From sequence record MW218148.1: a stretch of DNA of 64,000 nt. One strand, given 5' to 3'. Of this stretch, positions 27,768 to 37,211 are shown piece after piece. How positions within the stretch are numbered: the first letter of the stretch is position 1; every line of letters begins with the position of its first letter. Position numbers and translations under genes: made by a program. The notes beneath the pieces are model-generated. The model was not told the origin of the DNA, ran no database searches, and saw only the letters and a program-made list of their open reading frames with translations.

Positions 27768-28418
27768 TTATTTATACTTAACTACTTCTTGAATCTTTCC
27801 TATTACTTTGTTTAAGTCTTTAGCCAATACAAATCTTCCAAATAGGATACTCATTAAAGATAGTATTGTAATGTGATTATTTTTAAATATCGCAAATACA
27901 ATACGTCTTGAATCTTCTTTGCTGATTTCTTCTTTATCTTGATGATATTTTCTATTAGGGATTAATCTTCTATTACCACCTAAAGTATCCACGACAATTT
28001 TATTAATAGCGTCTTTCGCTTTATTGTAAATGTCAATATTATACACTTCAGTTCCATCATTTAGTATGAACTGTCTAGTAAAGTTAATATCTTCTCTTTC
28101 AAGTAAATCTTTTTCATACTTTTCCATTAGTGTTGAATTAATAGAAATCAAGTATAAAATGATATCTAACAATTCTAAAGATGCTTCGGATAGAGCCTCT
28201 GGTAAATTTGCTTTATCATTATCTGCTTTATCAACGATATTAAGAATTTCATTATTAAATTCATGAATTTCTTCTACTACCTGAGGAATAAATCTATCCA
28301 TCATCTGATACAATTCTTCCTGTCCAAAATCATATTTGTTAATTACATTGACATGATTTTCATACATTGATTTTAGATCAATTGCAATACCTTCTTTTTT
28401 TCTATAGAAATGCTTCAT
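27768..28418 (-). CDS. All-alpha NTP pyrophosphatase (MazG/dimeric dUTPase-like superfamily)
   Basis: VVEEIHEF...ELLDIILY, matching the EExxE...ExxD acidic metal-binding motif. Confidence 0.6.
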   Translation of the reverse strand: MKHFYRKKEGIAIDLKSMYENHVNVINKYDFGQEELYQMMDRFIPQVVEEIHEFNNEILNIVDKADNDKANLPEALSEASLELLDIILYLISINSTLMEKYEKDLLEREDINFTRQFILNDGTEVYNIDIYNKAKDAINKIVVDTLGGNRRLIPNRKYHQDKEEISKEDSRRIVFAIFKNNHITILSLMSILFGRFVLAKDLNKVIGKIQEVVKYK

Positions 28419-28440
28419 GGTAGTTATTCCTCCTATCTAA

Positions 28441-29355
28441 TTATTTGTATTTCTTTTTAAATGCAGCTTCATAATTTTTATTAACTTCATCAAGTTTAAT
28501 TTCTTTACCATCTTTAGTTTTAAAAGTATTTTTGTCAATCTCTTCACCTTTAATAACTTCTTTATCTTCATTCTCAACCTTAGCTGTCATAACTACATGT
28601 GGAGGTACAAATGAAGCTTCTTTAATTGTATCCATTTTAGCATTATGAATACGACCTTTAATTAATTTACGAGAGAAGTTAATCTTAGTCATAGTTAATG
28701 TTTTACCTTGTACTAATGCTTTTTCTCTAAGTGTATCAATTTCATTGATAATAGCACTTAATTCTTTCTTAGTATAATCATTACCATTTTCTAAGTTGAT
28801 TAATAAATCATTGATTAGTTCTTCTTTAGTATAAGATTTCTCATTGAATTTTTTAGCTACTGTTTTCTTCTTAGTCATTTTCTTTTTACCGTCCTTTTTA
28901 GTTGTTTTAGTTTTACTTTCTTTACTAACTTTTACTGGATTTTTAACTTCCTCAAGTTTAACTTCTTCTTTTTCAACTTCTTCTTTTTTATCTTCTTCTG
29001 GTTTAACATCTTCTTGAAGTTTCTTAATCTTCTCTGGATGTGCTCCTGAAGCTGTTACTGTGACTGTGTCGTAAGTGTCTGAAGTTGGAATATCTTTTAG
29101 ATTAATTTCCACATCAGTTAAATCATCTGAATTGATGTAGATTTCTGATTTCTCATAATTAATCTTAATAACATCATCATTTTCAGGAATTAAAACTAAA
29201 TTCTTTTGCTTATCATATTTCTCAGGAATAGTTTCAATTTCAAAAGTAATTACATCACCTTTATATCCCCATTCTTCAGACAAATTAAGCTTAGCTGATT
29301 CTAATACACTTAAATCCTCTTTTTCCTTAGTTACCTTTCTTCTTGTAATAGCCAT
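28441..29355 (-). CDS. HU/TF1-like DNA-binding protein with long N-terminal extension
   Basis: AAGGA RBS supports ATG 29355. C-terminal TKEELI...TKKELSAII...ALVQGKTL...VPPHVV fits the HU fold. Confidence 0.6.
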   Translation of the reverse strand: MAITRRKVTKEKEDLSVLESAKLNLSEEWGYKGDVITFEIETIPEKYDKQKNLVLIPENDDVIKINYEKSEIYINSDDLTDVEINLKDIPTSDTYDTVTVTASGAHPEKIKKLQEDVKPEEDKKEEVEKEEVKLEEVKNPVKVSKESKTKTTKKDGKKKMTKKKTVAKKFNEKSYTKEELINDLLINLENGNDYTKKELSAIINEIDTLREKALVQGKTLTMTKINFSRKLIKGRIHNAKMDTIKEASFVPPHVVMTAKVENEDKEVIKGEEIDKNTFKTKDGKEIKLDEVNKNYEAAFKKKYK

Positions 29356-29419
29356 TATCCTTATCGTCTCCTTATATAAAAATTTTGAAGTTAATATTAA
29401 TCTTACTAACTTCAATAAA

Positions 29420-29432
29420 ATAATATATATTT
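29420..29432 (-). promoter_or_regulatory. Putative early promoter AAATATATATTAT
   Basis: One of 9 near-identical copies upstream of non-structural genes. Confidence 0.6.
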
Positions 29433-29670
29433 ATAATATTAATTAAAATTTTTAAAAAAGTTAATTATTATATTTTTCTATGATCCAGAATATTAATATT
29501 ATTTATTATTTAAATAATATATATTAAATTAATATATTTATTAATTATTAAATTTATAATTACTTAATAATATAAGTAATATATTAAATCATAATTTTAA
29601 AAAAATATGTATAAAATTTTTATAAAAACTTAATAACCAATTTATATAATTCTACAATATGACAAATATA
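29433..29670. other. Extremely AT-rich divergent intergenic region
   Basis: About 240 bp almost devoid of G/C; ATTACTTA...TAAGTAAT palindrome near 29559-29580. Confidence 0.6.
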
Positions 29671-29685
29671 TGAGGTGCTTATATA

Positions 29686-30894
29686 ATGACTTTAAACAGG
29701 AAACAAGAAGAGGGATTAAGATTAGCAAAACAATGGTATAAAAATGACAGTGGAAGACCTTTTGTACTTGCAGGAATTGCAGGTTCAGGTAAATCATTTA
29801 CAATGACAAAAATAATTGATGCACTTAATCTACATGAAACAAATGTTAGATTTATGGCATATACTGGAATGGCAGCAGGAGTATTAGTAAAAAGAGGTTT
29901 ACAAGCAACAACTATTCATAGAACTATATATAATCCTTTTGTAGATGAAAAGACAGGTAAAGTTAATTTCACTTTAAAAGATAGTCTTCCTAGTGAAGTT
30001 AAGTTACTAATAGTGGACGAAGTATCAATGGTCCCTATGGATATGATAAAAGAGATTCAAAGTTTTGGAATTCCTATATTATGTTTAGGTGATCCAGCTC
30101 AGTTGAAAAGCTTTTCAGGTAGAAATGAATTATTAGATCATCCTGATGTATTCTTAGATGAACCTGTTAGACAATCACTGGATAACCCTATATTAGTAGC
30201 TGCTAACCTAGTTCGTAATGGAAATGACTTAGAATACGGTTCATATGGTGATAATGTACATGTAATCACTTCAGATCAACTATCTTTAGATATGTATCAA
30301 AATGCGGATCAGGTATTAATGAGTTATAATAAAACAGTAGGACAGTTTAATAGATTCTATAGAGAACAGATTAAGGGTATCGATGTTGAATCTAACCCAT
30401 TTCCTAAAGAAGATGAAAAGATTATTTGCCTAAAGAACAACTGGAATCAGTCTGTAAATGAGGGTGATATAACTCAATATCTAACTAATGGATTAATTGG
30501 CACTTTAACCAGAACTGGTAAAAAGAGATCTGTAATTAAGTCAACTCAATTAGACTTTAAGCCATCAGGTTTTAGTAAGGAAAGATTTAGTAAAATATAT
30601 TATGATGATTTAATCTTTGAAGGAGTTATAAGAGATCAACAAGAATTATTTGACTTAAGATTTAAAGATGAAGAAATAAATAAAATATTCAAGAAACGTT
30701 ATATAACTGTAAAATCTGATTTTGGTATGACAATAAACCCATTCAATTTTGCATACGGTATTACTATTCATAAATCACAAGGTTCAGAGTTCGACAATGT
30801 AATTGTTTTTGCTGAGGATATGAGTAGGGATAGATTCACATCATTATATACTGCGATAACAAGAGCTAAAAAGAACTTAATAGTGGTTCAATAA
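29686..30894 (+). CDS. RecD/Dda-like SF1B helicase
   Basis: GIAGSGKS, IVDEVSM, LGDPAQL, EPVRQ, ITIHKSQGSEF, YTAITRAK. Confidence 0.9.
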   Translation: MTLNRKQEEGLRLAKQWYKNDSGRPFVLAGIAGSGKSFTMTKIIDALNLHETNVRFMAYTGMAAGVLVKRGLQATTIHRTIYNPFVDEKTGKVNFTLKDSLPSEVKLLIVDEVSMVPMDMIKEIQSFGIPILCLGDPAQLKSFSGRNELLDHPDVFLDEPVRQSLDNPILVAANLVRNGNDLEYGSYGDNVHVITSDQLSLDMYQNADQVLMSYNKTVGQFNRFYREQIKGIDVESNPFPKEDEKIICLKNNWNQSVNEGDITQYLTNGLIGTLTRTGKKRSVIKSTQLDFKPSGFSKERFSKIYYDDLIFEGVIRDQQELFDLRFKDEEINKIFKKRYITVKSDFGMTINPFNFAYGITIHKSQGSEFDNVIVFAEDMSRDRFTSLYTAITRAKKNLIVVQ

Positions 30895-30904
30895 TTATAG
30901 GAGT

Positions 30905-31168
30905 GTGATCGAAATGAATAATAAAAATAAAATAGACTCAAAAATAGATATGGACGCTTTTAAAAATGCTATGACACAGGCTAAATCAAATCTTAATAAT
31001 CTTATCAAAATTGCAGATGTAGATGGCCATAATGAAGAGATTAATAGACTTAAGAAAGAAAACGAAGAAATGCATCGTTTTCTTTTTAAGTTATATCAAG
31101 AAGATGAATATGATAAAGATGAATTAAAAAAGATACTTTATAAAGACGTAGTTAAAAAATTCATATAG
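30905..31168 (+). CDS. Small coiled-coil accessory protein (C-terminal tag)
   Basis: 87 aa, GGAG RBS, ends DVVKKFI. Confidence 0.7.
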   Translation: MIEMNNKNKIDSKIDMDAFKNAMTQAKSNLNNLIKIADVDGHNEEINRLKKENEEMHRFLFKLYQEDEYDKDELKKILYKDVVKKFI

Positions 31169-31170
31169 GA

Positions 31171-31359
31171 GTGATAACAATGCCTTCAAGAGTAGAAATT
31201 AATAGTTCTGGAATGATTATAAGTACAGTTGGCGTTAAAATGGATGATCAAAATAAAAAAATGAGAGAATTTATTTTAGATATCAAAAGAACTGGAAATT
31301 ATAATCAAAAAGATTTAGATGAATTAGTAAAAGAAATTGTTAAAGATAATTTTAAATAA
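31171..31359 (+). CDS. Small accessory protein (C-terminal tag)
   Basis: Ends EIVKDNFK; AGGAG RBS (start could be ATG 31180). Confidence 0.7.
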   Translation: MITMPSRVEINSSGMIISTVGVKMDDQNKKMREFILDIKRTGNYNQKDLDELVKEIVKDNFK

Positions 31360-31361
31360 GG

Positions 31362-31829
31362 ATGATAAATAATATGTCAAATGAAAAAGTAATTGCTAAA
31401 GAGTTAACGTTAGATCAGAAGATTAGACTATTTGAACCTAAAGTAGATGAGGAAACTTATTTAAGACCACTTAGTCAAGTTGATGAATCATTTTATAATG
31501 AAGTTATTAAAGATGATTTAATTGAAAGAATTAATAATGAAGACCATAAGTTTGAAGATAATTTTGATTACCATATATTTAAGAACGGTCCAATACAGTT
31601 AATTGGTTTTATTTATAAGTTCGAATTTAGTGATGAAGCATCTAATGTTAAAAAAGAGAAAGTTAATGAAGGTAATATATACTTTGGAAGTTTTATACTA
31701 AATAATAAAAATAAGAAAGATGATTCATTATATTATCTTCAAGTTGATAGTAGTTTAGTTGACTTTAAGTTAGTGGAAAACAAGAAGTATAAAGAATTTG
31801 GTAGAAGTCTATTCAAATTAGTTAAGTAG
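31362..31829 (+). CDS. Hypothetical protein
   Basis: 155-aa ORF in a tightly packed array. Confidence 0.7.
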   Translation: MINNMSNEKVIAKELTLDQKIRLFEPKVDEETYLRPLSQVDESFYNEVIKDDLIERINNEDHKFEDNFDYHIFKNGPIQLIGFIYKFEFSDEASNVKKEKVNEGNIYFGSFILNNKNKKDDSLYYLQVDSSLVDFKLVENKKYKEFGRSLFKLVK

Positions 31830-31831
31830 GA

Positions 31832-32119
31832 GTGATAATAATGGGTGAAGAAATCAAAGATTTAATAAGTAAAATAAATAGCATGAAACTTGAGTTTAAA
31901 CAGATGGATTACAAATTATCTAGTGATACACAAGTTAATTATTTTGAAATAGAAAAAATTAATGAATATATTAAACTTCTACATGAAGATAATCAAAGTA
32001 TCAAAAAAGAAAATATATTGTTAAAAGAAGCCATTGTATCTATTGCTAAGCATGTTGATTTTAAAAGTGAAAGTATTAAGAAATTAACTAATGAAATTAT
32101 TGATAATAATTTCAAATAA
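31832..32119 (+). CDS. Small coiled-coil accessory protein (C-terminal tag)
   Basis: Ends EIIDNNFK. Confidence 0.7.
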   Translation: MIIMGEEIKDLISKINSMKLEFKQMDYKLSSDTQVNYFEIEKINEYIKLLHEDNQSIKKENILLKEAIVSIAKHVDFKSESIKKLTNEIIDNNFK

Positions 32120-32138
32120 CAAAGTGAAGTGATTCTAT

Positions 32139-32414
32139 TTGGATAATGAAAAAAGTTTAATTAAGCGTATGGACGAATTAGAAGAACGTACTAGAATGAA
32201 TGAAATTAAATTAAATACTATGAGAGATAATTACCATTATTTAAATGATATTATAGGTACATTAATAAATAGAATAGAGAATTCTAATCAAACTAATGAA
32301 AAGAAATTGGATGAGGTTAGATTAGAATTAGTTCGTCTTTCTAATGAATTAAATTCACATTCTAAGGTAACTAAAAAGTATTTAAAGAGTTTCATTAAAG
32401 ATAATCTTAACTAA
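32139..32414 (+). CDS. Small coiled-coil accessory protein (tag variant)
   Basis: TTG start; ends SFIKDNLN. Confidence 0.65.
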   Translation: MDNEKSLIKRMDELEERTRMNEIKLNTMRDNYHYLNDIIGTLINRIENSNQTNEKKLDEVRLELVRLSNELNSHSKVTKKYLKSFIKDNLN

Positions 32415-32418
32415 AGGA

Positions 32419-32700
32419 ATGAATTTTATGAATGTCATTAAAAGAATAATTGGTTCAGAAGAATTTATTAACACTGTAAAGAAAACTATAGCTAGAACTA
32501 AGAAAGCAGAAGAGAAATTTTACGATTTAAATAATAGAGTTGATAAAGCTCTGTCTTTAGCTAATAAAGTTGTTGAAGATAATAAAGAAAAAGAAAGGCA
32601 AATTAAAGAATTAAAAGAAGCTTTGTCTAAAGAGAAAATTAATAACAGAAGTATAAAATCCCGATATAATAACCTATTATATAAAAATGGAGGGAAATAA
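32419..32700 (+). CDS. Small coiled-coil protein
   Basis: 93-aa ORF. Confidence 0.65.
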   Translation: MNFMNVIKRIIGSEEFINTVKKTIARTKKAEEKFYDLNNRVDKALSLANKVVEDNKEKERQIKELKEALSKEKINNRSIKSRYNNLLYKNGGK

Positions 32701-32702
32701 TT

Positions 32703-32930
32703 ATGAATCCAGATATTAATTTTAATGATTATGGTTCATCTATGGATGAACTATATTCAAGAATACAACTTAGAGCAGCTCAACAGGTAGAAAAAGACAT
32801 AGTGGGAGATACTGAAAAAGACTCTCTTGAAAAAGAAGTGAAAGAACTTAGAGAACTTCTTTTTGAAGTAGCTAAAAAGTATGATGTTAAAGAAATAAAA
32901 GAATATTTAGTTAGAAAGAATATGAAATAA
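32703..32930 (+). CDS. Small coiled-coil accessory protein (tag variant)
   Basis: Ends KEIKEYLVRKNMK. Confidence 0.7.
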   Translation: MNPDINFNDYGSSMDELYSRIQLRAAQQVEKDIVGDTEKDSLEKEVKELRELLFEVAKKYDVKEIKEYLVRKNMK

Positions 32931-32956
32931 GGATTTAAGAAAAGAGTTGAATAAAA

Positions 32957-33148
32957 TTGACTGATGAAGATTTAGATTTTTTTGAAGCAATTGGAAAGAC
33001 AACCAATGAAATTCTAGATGAAAATAAAAAATTAAAAAATGATAACTTGAGACTTAAAGAATTGATATTAGATATTTCTAAAGATCATAATATAGTAGAC
33101 AAACGAATAACTGAAATAAAAGTCGATCTAGCAAAAAATAAGAGGTAA
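32957..33148 (+). CDS. Small coiled-coil protein
   Basis: 63 aa, TTG start; shares LKxxNxxLKELI with its neighbours. Confidence 0.6.
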   Translation: MTDEDLDFFEAIGKTTNEILDENKKLKNDNLRLKELILDISKDHNIVDKRITEIKVDLAKNKR

Positions 33149-33170
33149 TGACATTAATTGTCATTACCTC
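33142..33170. terminator. Hairpin terminator between convergent genes
   Basis: GAGGTAATGACA-ttaat-TGTCATTACCTC perfect inverted repeat. Confidence 0.75.
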
Positions 33171-33183
33171 AATTATACTGCTT

Positions 33184-35430
33184 TTAGTCATCATATTTAT
33201 CTTTATATTCATAATAACTATCAAATTGAACTTCTAAACCTGAGAAAGCTGAAATGAATCCCATTCTGCCTTCCATGTTAATATTCTCTATATCTTTAAT
33301 ATCAACATCCGGTTCTCTATAATTAAAATCTTTATTCTTATCTATAAATATTCTAATTCTATTTTCATTCTTAATAATTTTAATGTACTTGTTATTAACA
33401 TCTAATGGTACATGATTAGTTAAAAATAATTGTTTTTCTGATTCATCTTGGAATATTTCTTTAGGTTTTCCAAATACTTTATCAATTTCATAGAAACCAG
33501 TTTTCATTATACGATCAGGATCTGTCATTACATCTTCATCATTAAGATCAAAGTAAGGAACATCCCAGTTTTCTTGTTGAGATGCTATCCAAAGCATATA
33601 CCCGGAATTGAGTTGAGTATTATAATCAAATATAATGCCAGCTCCTCCAGTTTTATTTTTATTGATTAGCTTAAATGTCATAATGTAATTTTTAGGGAAT
33701 TTAAAGTTCTGACTATATACATAATTAAGTGAATTGTCATCAAACTTTCTAGTTCCGTCTAAGAAACTTATATATCCGTAATTACCTAATGATTGTTTAG
33801 TTATAGTCTTATCATAAAATCCAGTGTATGTTTGAGTTTCTACAGGAAATGTACCATATGATCTTAATGCAACTATCATAGGATTAAAGTAAATTCCTGA
33901 TCTACTCTCATCGAAATAAAAATCAGAACCATCAGGATTTTTAAGTGAATAATTATACTCCAACTCAACGTTATACCAATCCTCTTTAGTCACTATAAAT
34001 GTGTTTTTAAATTCTTCATGACTAATTCCTGCAATTTCAAATTCATCCAAACTAACTTTAATTATCTCATTTGGATCAACATTATCCGCAAAGTCTGTTA
34101 ATTTAACTTCTATTTCCATCTTTTTAATGTTCTTCATATTGTACATCATATATTTAAGATAAGATTTTTGACCTTGAGTATTATAGTTTCTATTACCTGA
34201 AGTGAAAATATTCTCTACTTTTTTGACTTTTCCAGTAGTTGATGTCAAAGTTATATCATATACTAATTTAGCTGTAGGGTTATTATTATCTTTAAAATCA
34301 GTTGAATATCCCATATTGAAAGCAAAGAAGTCATAATTCAATAATCTATTGATATTCATTCTAGGATTTTCATTTTCATCATCTAAAGTTATTTTAACAA
34401 ATGATGCTGAGTTACCGTCTGTTTTATCTGATTTACTTAAGATATCTGCCTTAACTTCATAAAGACCTGTGTCTTTATTAAAACTTACTGAAGATAATCT
34501 TGTGGATTCTAAATTGGAGTGACTTACATCACTGTCATTAGCTTTTCTCAAGTCAAATATTGCAGTAGGTGCTTTAAATTGATAATTCTCTGTAGCATTA
34601 ATTACATTGAAACCTTTTCGATCAGTTATTTTTAATTTAGATGTGCCATTTTGTAAAGGAGCAAATAAATATTTTTCTCCCGGTTTAAAATACATTTTAC
34701 CTTGAAACTTACGAGAGAAACCTTTTTTATAGAATAAATGAGGTAGAGTTTTTAATCCATCATTATTAAGTGTAAATGGTTCTACTAATTCTTTGTTATC
34801 AGTATCAGGTCTATAGAATTTATGCTCATTAACTCTATATCTTTCTCTTAAATATCTATCTGAAGTAATATTCTCTAATTTATTCTCGAATTCTGTTTCT
34901 GGTACAAAAGGTATTATTTTACCATCATTATAGCTTGGAACGATTCTATCTGATTTTTCTTCAGTACTCTTAATCATGTGTTTGAATATAGCCTTTGGAT
35001 TATTCTCAGTACCCAATATTTCTTTTTCAGTGTTAATTATTTTATTTAAATTATTAATAACTGTCTCTGGGAATATAAGTACTGTATCTGTATTGAATTG
35101 ATCAACTGTCTGCATATCGTTTACAAATAGTAATAAATACCATAAATCAGTAGTACCATATAATTCGTTAGATAAGTATTCGGGTCTGTAATGGTATGAC
35201 TTAGACAAAGTAAATTCTATTAAATCACTCTTAAGTACATTTTCATATTTCTTTAACATTGGTAAACTGAACACTGCTTGTTTTTCAAATAAATACCATT
35301 CAGATATATTGTTTAATAATATTTTATTATTCTTGGAATATTCTATCTCAGAAGACATCTCAGGGATATTTTCTTTACCCATATTGTTATTTCCTACGTC
35401 ACGAATAAGCAATTTATATTTCACTTCCAT
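33184..35430 (-). CDS. Baseplate wedge-like protein (T4 gp53/LysM-like N-domain) with PA14-like and lectin-like C-terminal domains
   Basis: YRPEYLSNELYGTTDLWYLLLFVN; FQGKMYF..G.KYLF; C-terminal concanavalin-like GAGIIF...IRIFID...GRMGF. Exact start uncertain. Confidence 0.6.
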   Translation of the reverse strand: MEVKYKLLIRDVGNNNMGKENIPEMSSEIEYSKNNKILLNNISEWYLFEKQAVFSLPMLKKYENVLKSDLIEFTLSKSYHYRPEYLSNELYGTTDLWYLLLFVNDMQTVDQFNTDTVLIFPETVINNLNKIINTEKEILGTENNPKAIFKHMIKSTEEKSDRIVPSYNDGKIIPFVPETEFENKLENITSDRYLRERYRVNEHKFYRPDTDNKELVEPFTLNNDGLKTLPHLFYKKGFSRKFQGKMYFKPGEKYLFAPLQNGTSKLKITDRKGFNVINATENYQFKAPTAIFDLRKANDSDVSHSNLESTRLSSVSFNKDTGLYEVKADILSKSDKTDGNSASFVKITLDDENENPRMNINRLLNYDFFAFNMGYSTDFKDNNNPTAKLVYDITLTSTTGKVKKVENIFTSGNRNYNTQGQKSYLKYMMYNMKNIKKMEIEVKLTDFADNVDPNEIIKVSLDEFEIAGISHEEFKNTFIVTKEDWYNVELEYNYSLKNPDGSDFYFDESRSGIYFNPMIVALRSYGTFPVETQTYTGFYDKTITKQSLGNYGYISFLDGTRKFDDNSLNYVYSQNFKFPKNYIMTFKLINKNKTGGAGIIFDYNTQLNSGYMLWIASQQENWDVPYFDLNDEDVMTDPDRIMKTGFYEIDKVFGKPKEIFQDESEKQLFLTNHVPLDVNNKYIKIIKNENRIRIFIDKNKDFNYREPDVDIKDIENINMEGRMGFISAFSGLEVQFDSYYEYKDKYDD

Positions 35431-35446
35431 TCATATTTTGTTATAA

Positions 35447-35458
35447 TAAATGGATGTT
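35447..35458 (-). promoter_or_regulatory. Putative late promoter AACA-N6-TA
   Basis: AACA TCCATT TA on the minus strand. Confidence 0.5.
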
Positions 35459-35510
35459 ATGATACTTAATTTGTAGTTAATAAAAAATTAAAAAACTCAA
35501 CTAATATTTT

Positions 35511-35523
35511 AAATATATATTAT
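35511..35523 (+). promoter_or_regulatory. Putative early promoter
   Basis: AAATATATATTAT. Confidence 0.6.
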
Positions 35524-35590
35524 TTTAATGAGATTGAGATTAATTATCTTGATACTCAAAAATTTTTTAATTACAAGGAGAGATTTGGAT

Positions 35591-37135
35591 ATGGCAAAAG
35601 TAAAATACTCACAAACAAAATTATTGGTAAGAGCAGCATTTAGAGCGGATGAAATCATCAACGTAGTTGGTGACGGTGGGATCGGTAAAACACAAATGAT
35701 GAGAGATATTGCTGAAGAAGATAATATGAATTTCATCACTATCGCTGCAAACAACCTTAAAGAAGGGGAATTATCTTTACCAATGTTATCACAAAAAGAT
35801 AATGAAGTTATCTATGCTCCAATGGACAAAATTAAATTAGCTAACACATTATTTGAGAAATACAAAGAATATCAAAAAGAAGGTGGAAAACAATATTCAC
35901 GTAAAGATCTTTCTTTAAAATCTGTTGATGAGTTAAAAGAAATTTATGTTAAATTAACTGGTAAAGATGTTCTTGATTACTATGAGGATACTCATGAAAA
36001 CTACGTTAGTAAAGTATTTAACAAAGCTAGAGTTAAAAATGTTAAATACAATAAGAATGATTTAATGAAAAAATCATTTGATGAGTTAAATGAAATCTTT
36101 GTAGAATTAACAGGTAATGAATTAAGAGATAAAATTGGTAAAGGTTTCTATATTAAAGAAATTTTAGAAGCAGTTCCAAGACCTTATACTCTATTATTCA
36201 TTGATGAAATTGGACGTACTGATCAACAAGTACAATCAGAATTAATGAACTTCTTATTAGAACGTCAAGTAAATGGTTATCATTTACCACCTAATGTTAA
36301 GATTGCATTAGCACAAAACCCATCTTCAGATATGCCTGGTTTTGCTGATACAGATTATGCTGCTACATCTATGGATAACGCAGTAAGTTCTCGTATTACA
36401 TTTGTACACATGGTTCCTGACATTGAAAGTTGGGTAGACTTTGCTACTAGATATAAAGGTGATACAGATAAACAAAATATTCATCCATCTATCGTTGAGT
36501 TTGTAACTGAAAAAGAAAGTACTGAATATTTATTCAGACCTCAAAAAGAAGTTAATAAAGACTTTAATGATACTAATCCACGTTCATGGGAAATGATTTC
36601 TAATATGTTATATGTATTAGAAGAGGATGATTTATTCAAATTCTCTAATAGAGAAGAAGAAAGAAAGAAAAAGAAAGACACTTTACAGTTCTTTACTGAA
36701 GGTAAAATTAATAGTGATTTAGCAAACTTATTTGTTAAATTCTATATTGAGAAACAAGCTAAATTACCTCGTCCAAGTGATATTTTATTTGAATATGATA
36801 AAGGTAAAATGGTTCCTCGTAAAGAATTATCTAAACAACATATTGAAGTTATTGAAAGTCAATCAACTATTAGACAGTTAACACTTAAAACTTCAATGAT
36901 TAACTACTTAAAAAATAATCCTGATTTAGCAAATGAAAAAGTTATTCAAATTGCTGTAGAGGCTTTATTATTAGGTAAAACAGAAACAAATGCTACACCA
37001 ATTCGTTTAATTTCTAGATTATCAGAATCAAACGAAGAAACAGATCAAGATTTATACAACAAATTCACTGATAATGAATTATATAGTGATAGAGCATTTG
37101 CTTTATACGAGCAAATGGTAGGAAGTTTAGGTTAA
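35591..37135 (+). CDS. MoxR-family AAA+ ATPase
   Basis: GDGGIGKT Walker A, LLFIDEIGR Walker B, SSRITF, NPRSWE; AAGGAG RBS supports ATG 35591. Confidence 0.85.
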   Translation: MAKVKYSQTKLLVRAAFRADEIINVVGDGGIGKTQMMRDIAEEDNMNFITIAANNLKEGELSLPMLSQKDNEVIYAPMDKIKLANTLFEKYKEYQKEGGKQYSRKDLSLKSVDELKEIYVKLTGKDVLDYYEDTHENYVSKVFNKARVKNVKYNKNDLMKKSFDELNEIFVELTGNELRDKIGKGFYIKEILEAVPRPYTLLFIDEIGRTDQQVQSELMNFLLERQVNGYHLPPNVKIALAQNPSSDMPGFADTDYAATSMDNAVSSRITFVHMVPDIESWVDFATRYKGDTDKQNIHPSIVEFVTEKESTEYLFRPQKEVNKDFNDTNPRSWEMISNMLYVLEEDDLFKFSNREEERKKKKDTLQFFTEGKINSDLANLFVKFYIEKQAKLPRPSDILFEYDKGKMVPRKELSKQHIEVIESQSTIRQLTLKTSMINYLKNNPDLANEKVIQIAVEALLLGKTETNATPIRLISRLSESNEETDQDLYNKFTDNELYSDRAFALYEQMVGSLG

Positions 37136-37146
37136 TAAGTTTTAAT

Positions 37147-37190
37147 AGATAATGGAGTCTATGTGCTCCATTATCTTATTTATTTTTTTA
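37147..37190 (+). terminator. Intrinsic terminator
   Basis: AGATAATGGAGT-ctatgt-GCTCCATTATCT plus T tract. Confidence 0.75.
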
Positions 37191-37211
37191 TAACTAGGAG
37201 ATGAAAATGAT

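Noticed and set aside
35528-35590. ORF-track starts at 35528, 41359, 29415 and 5188
   Set aside because: These extensions run through promoter or hairpin sequence or overlap the upstream gene; downstream ATGs have clear RBSs.
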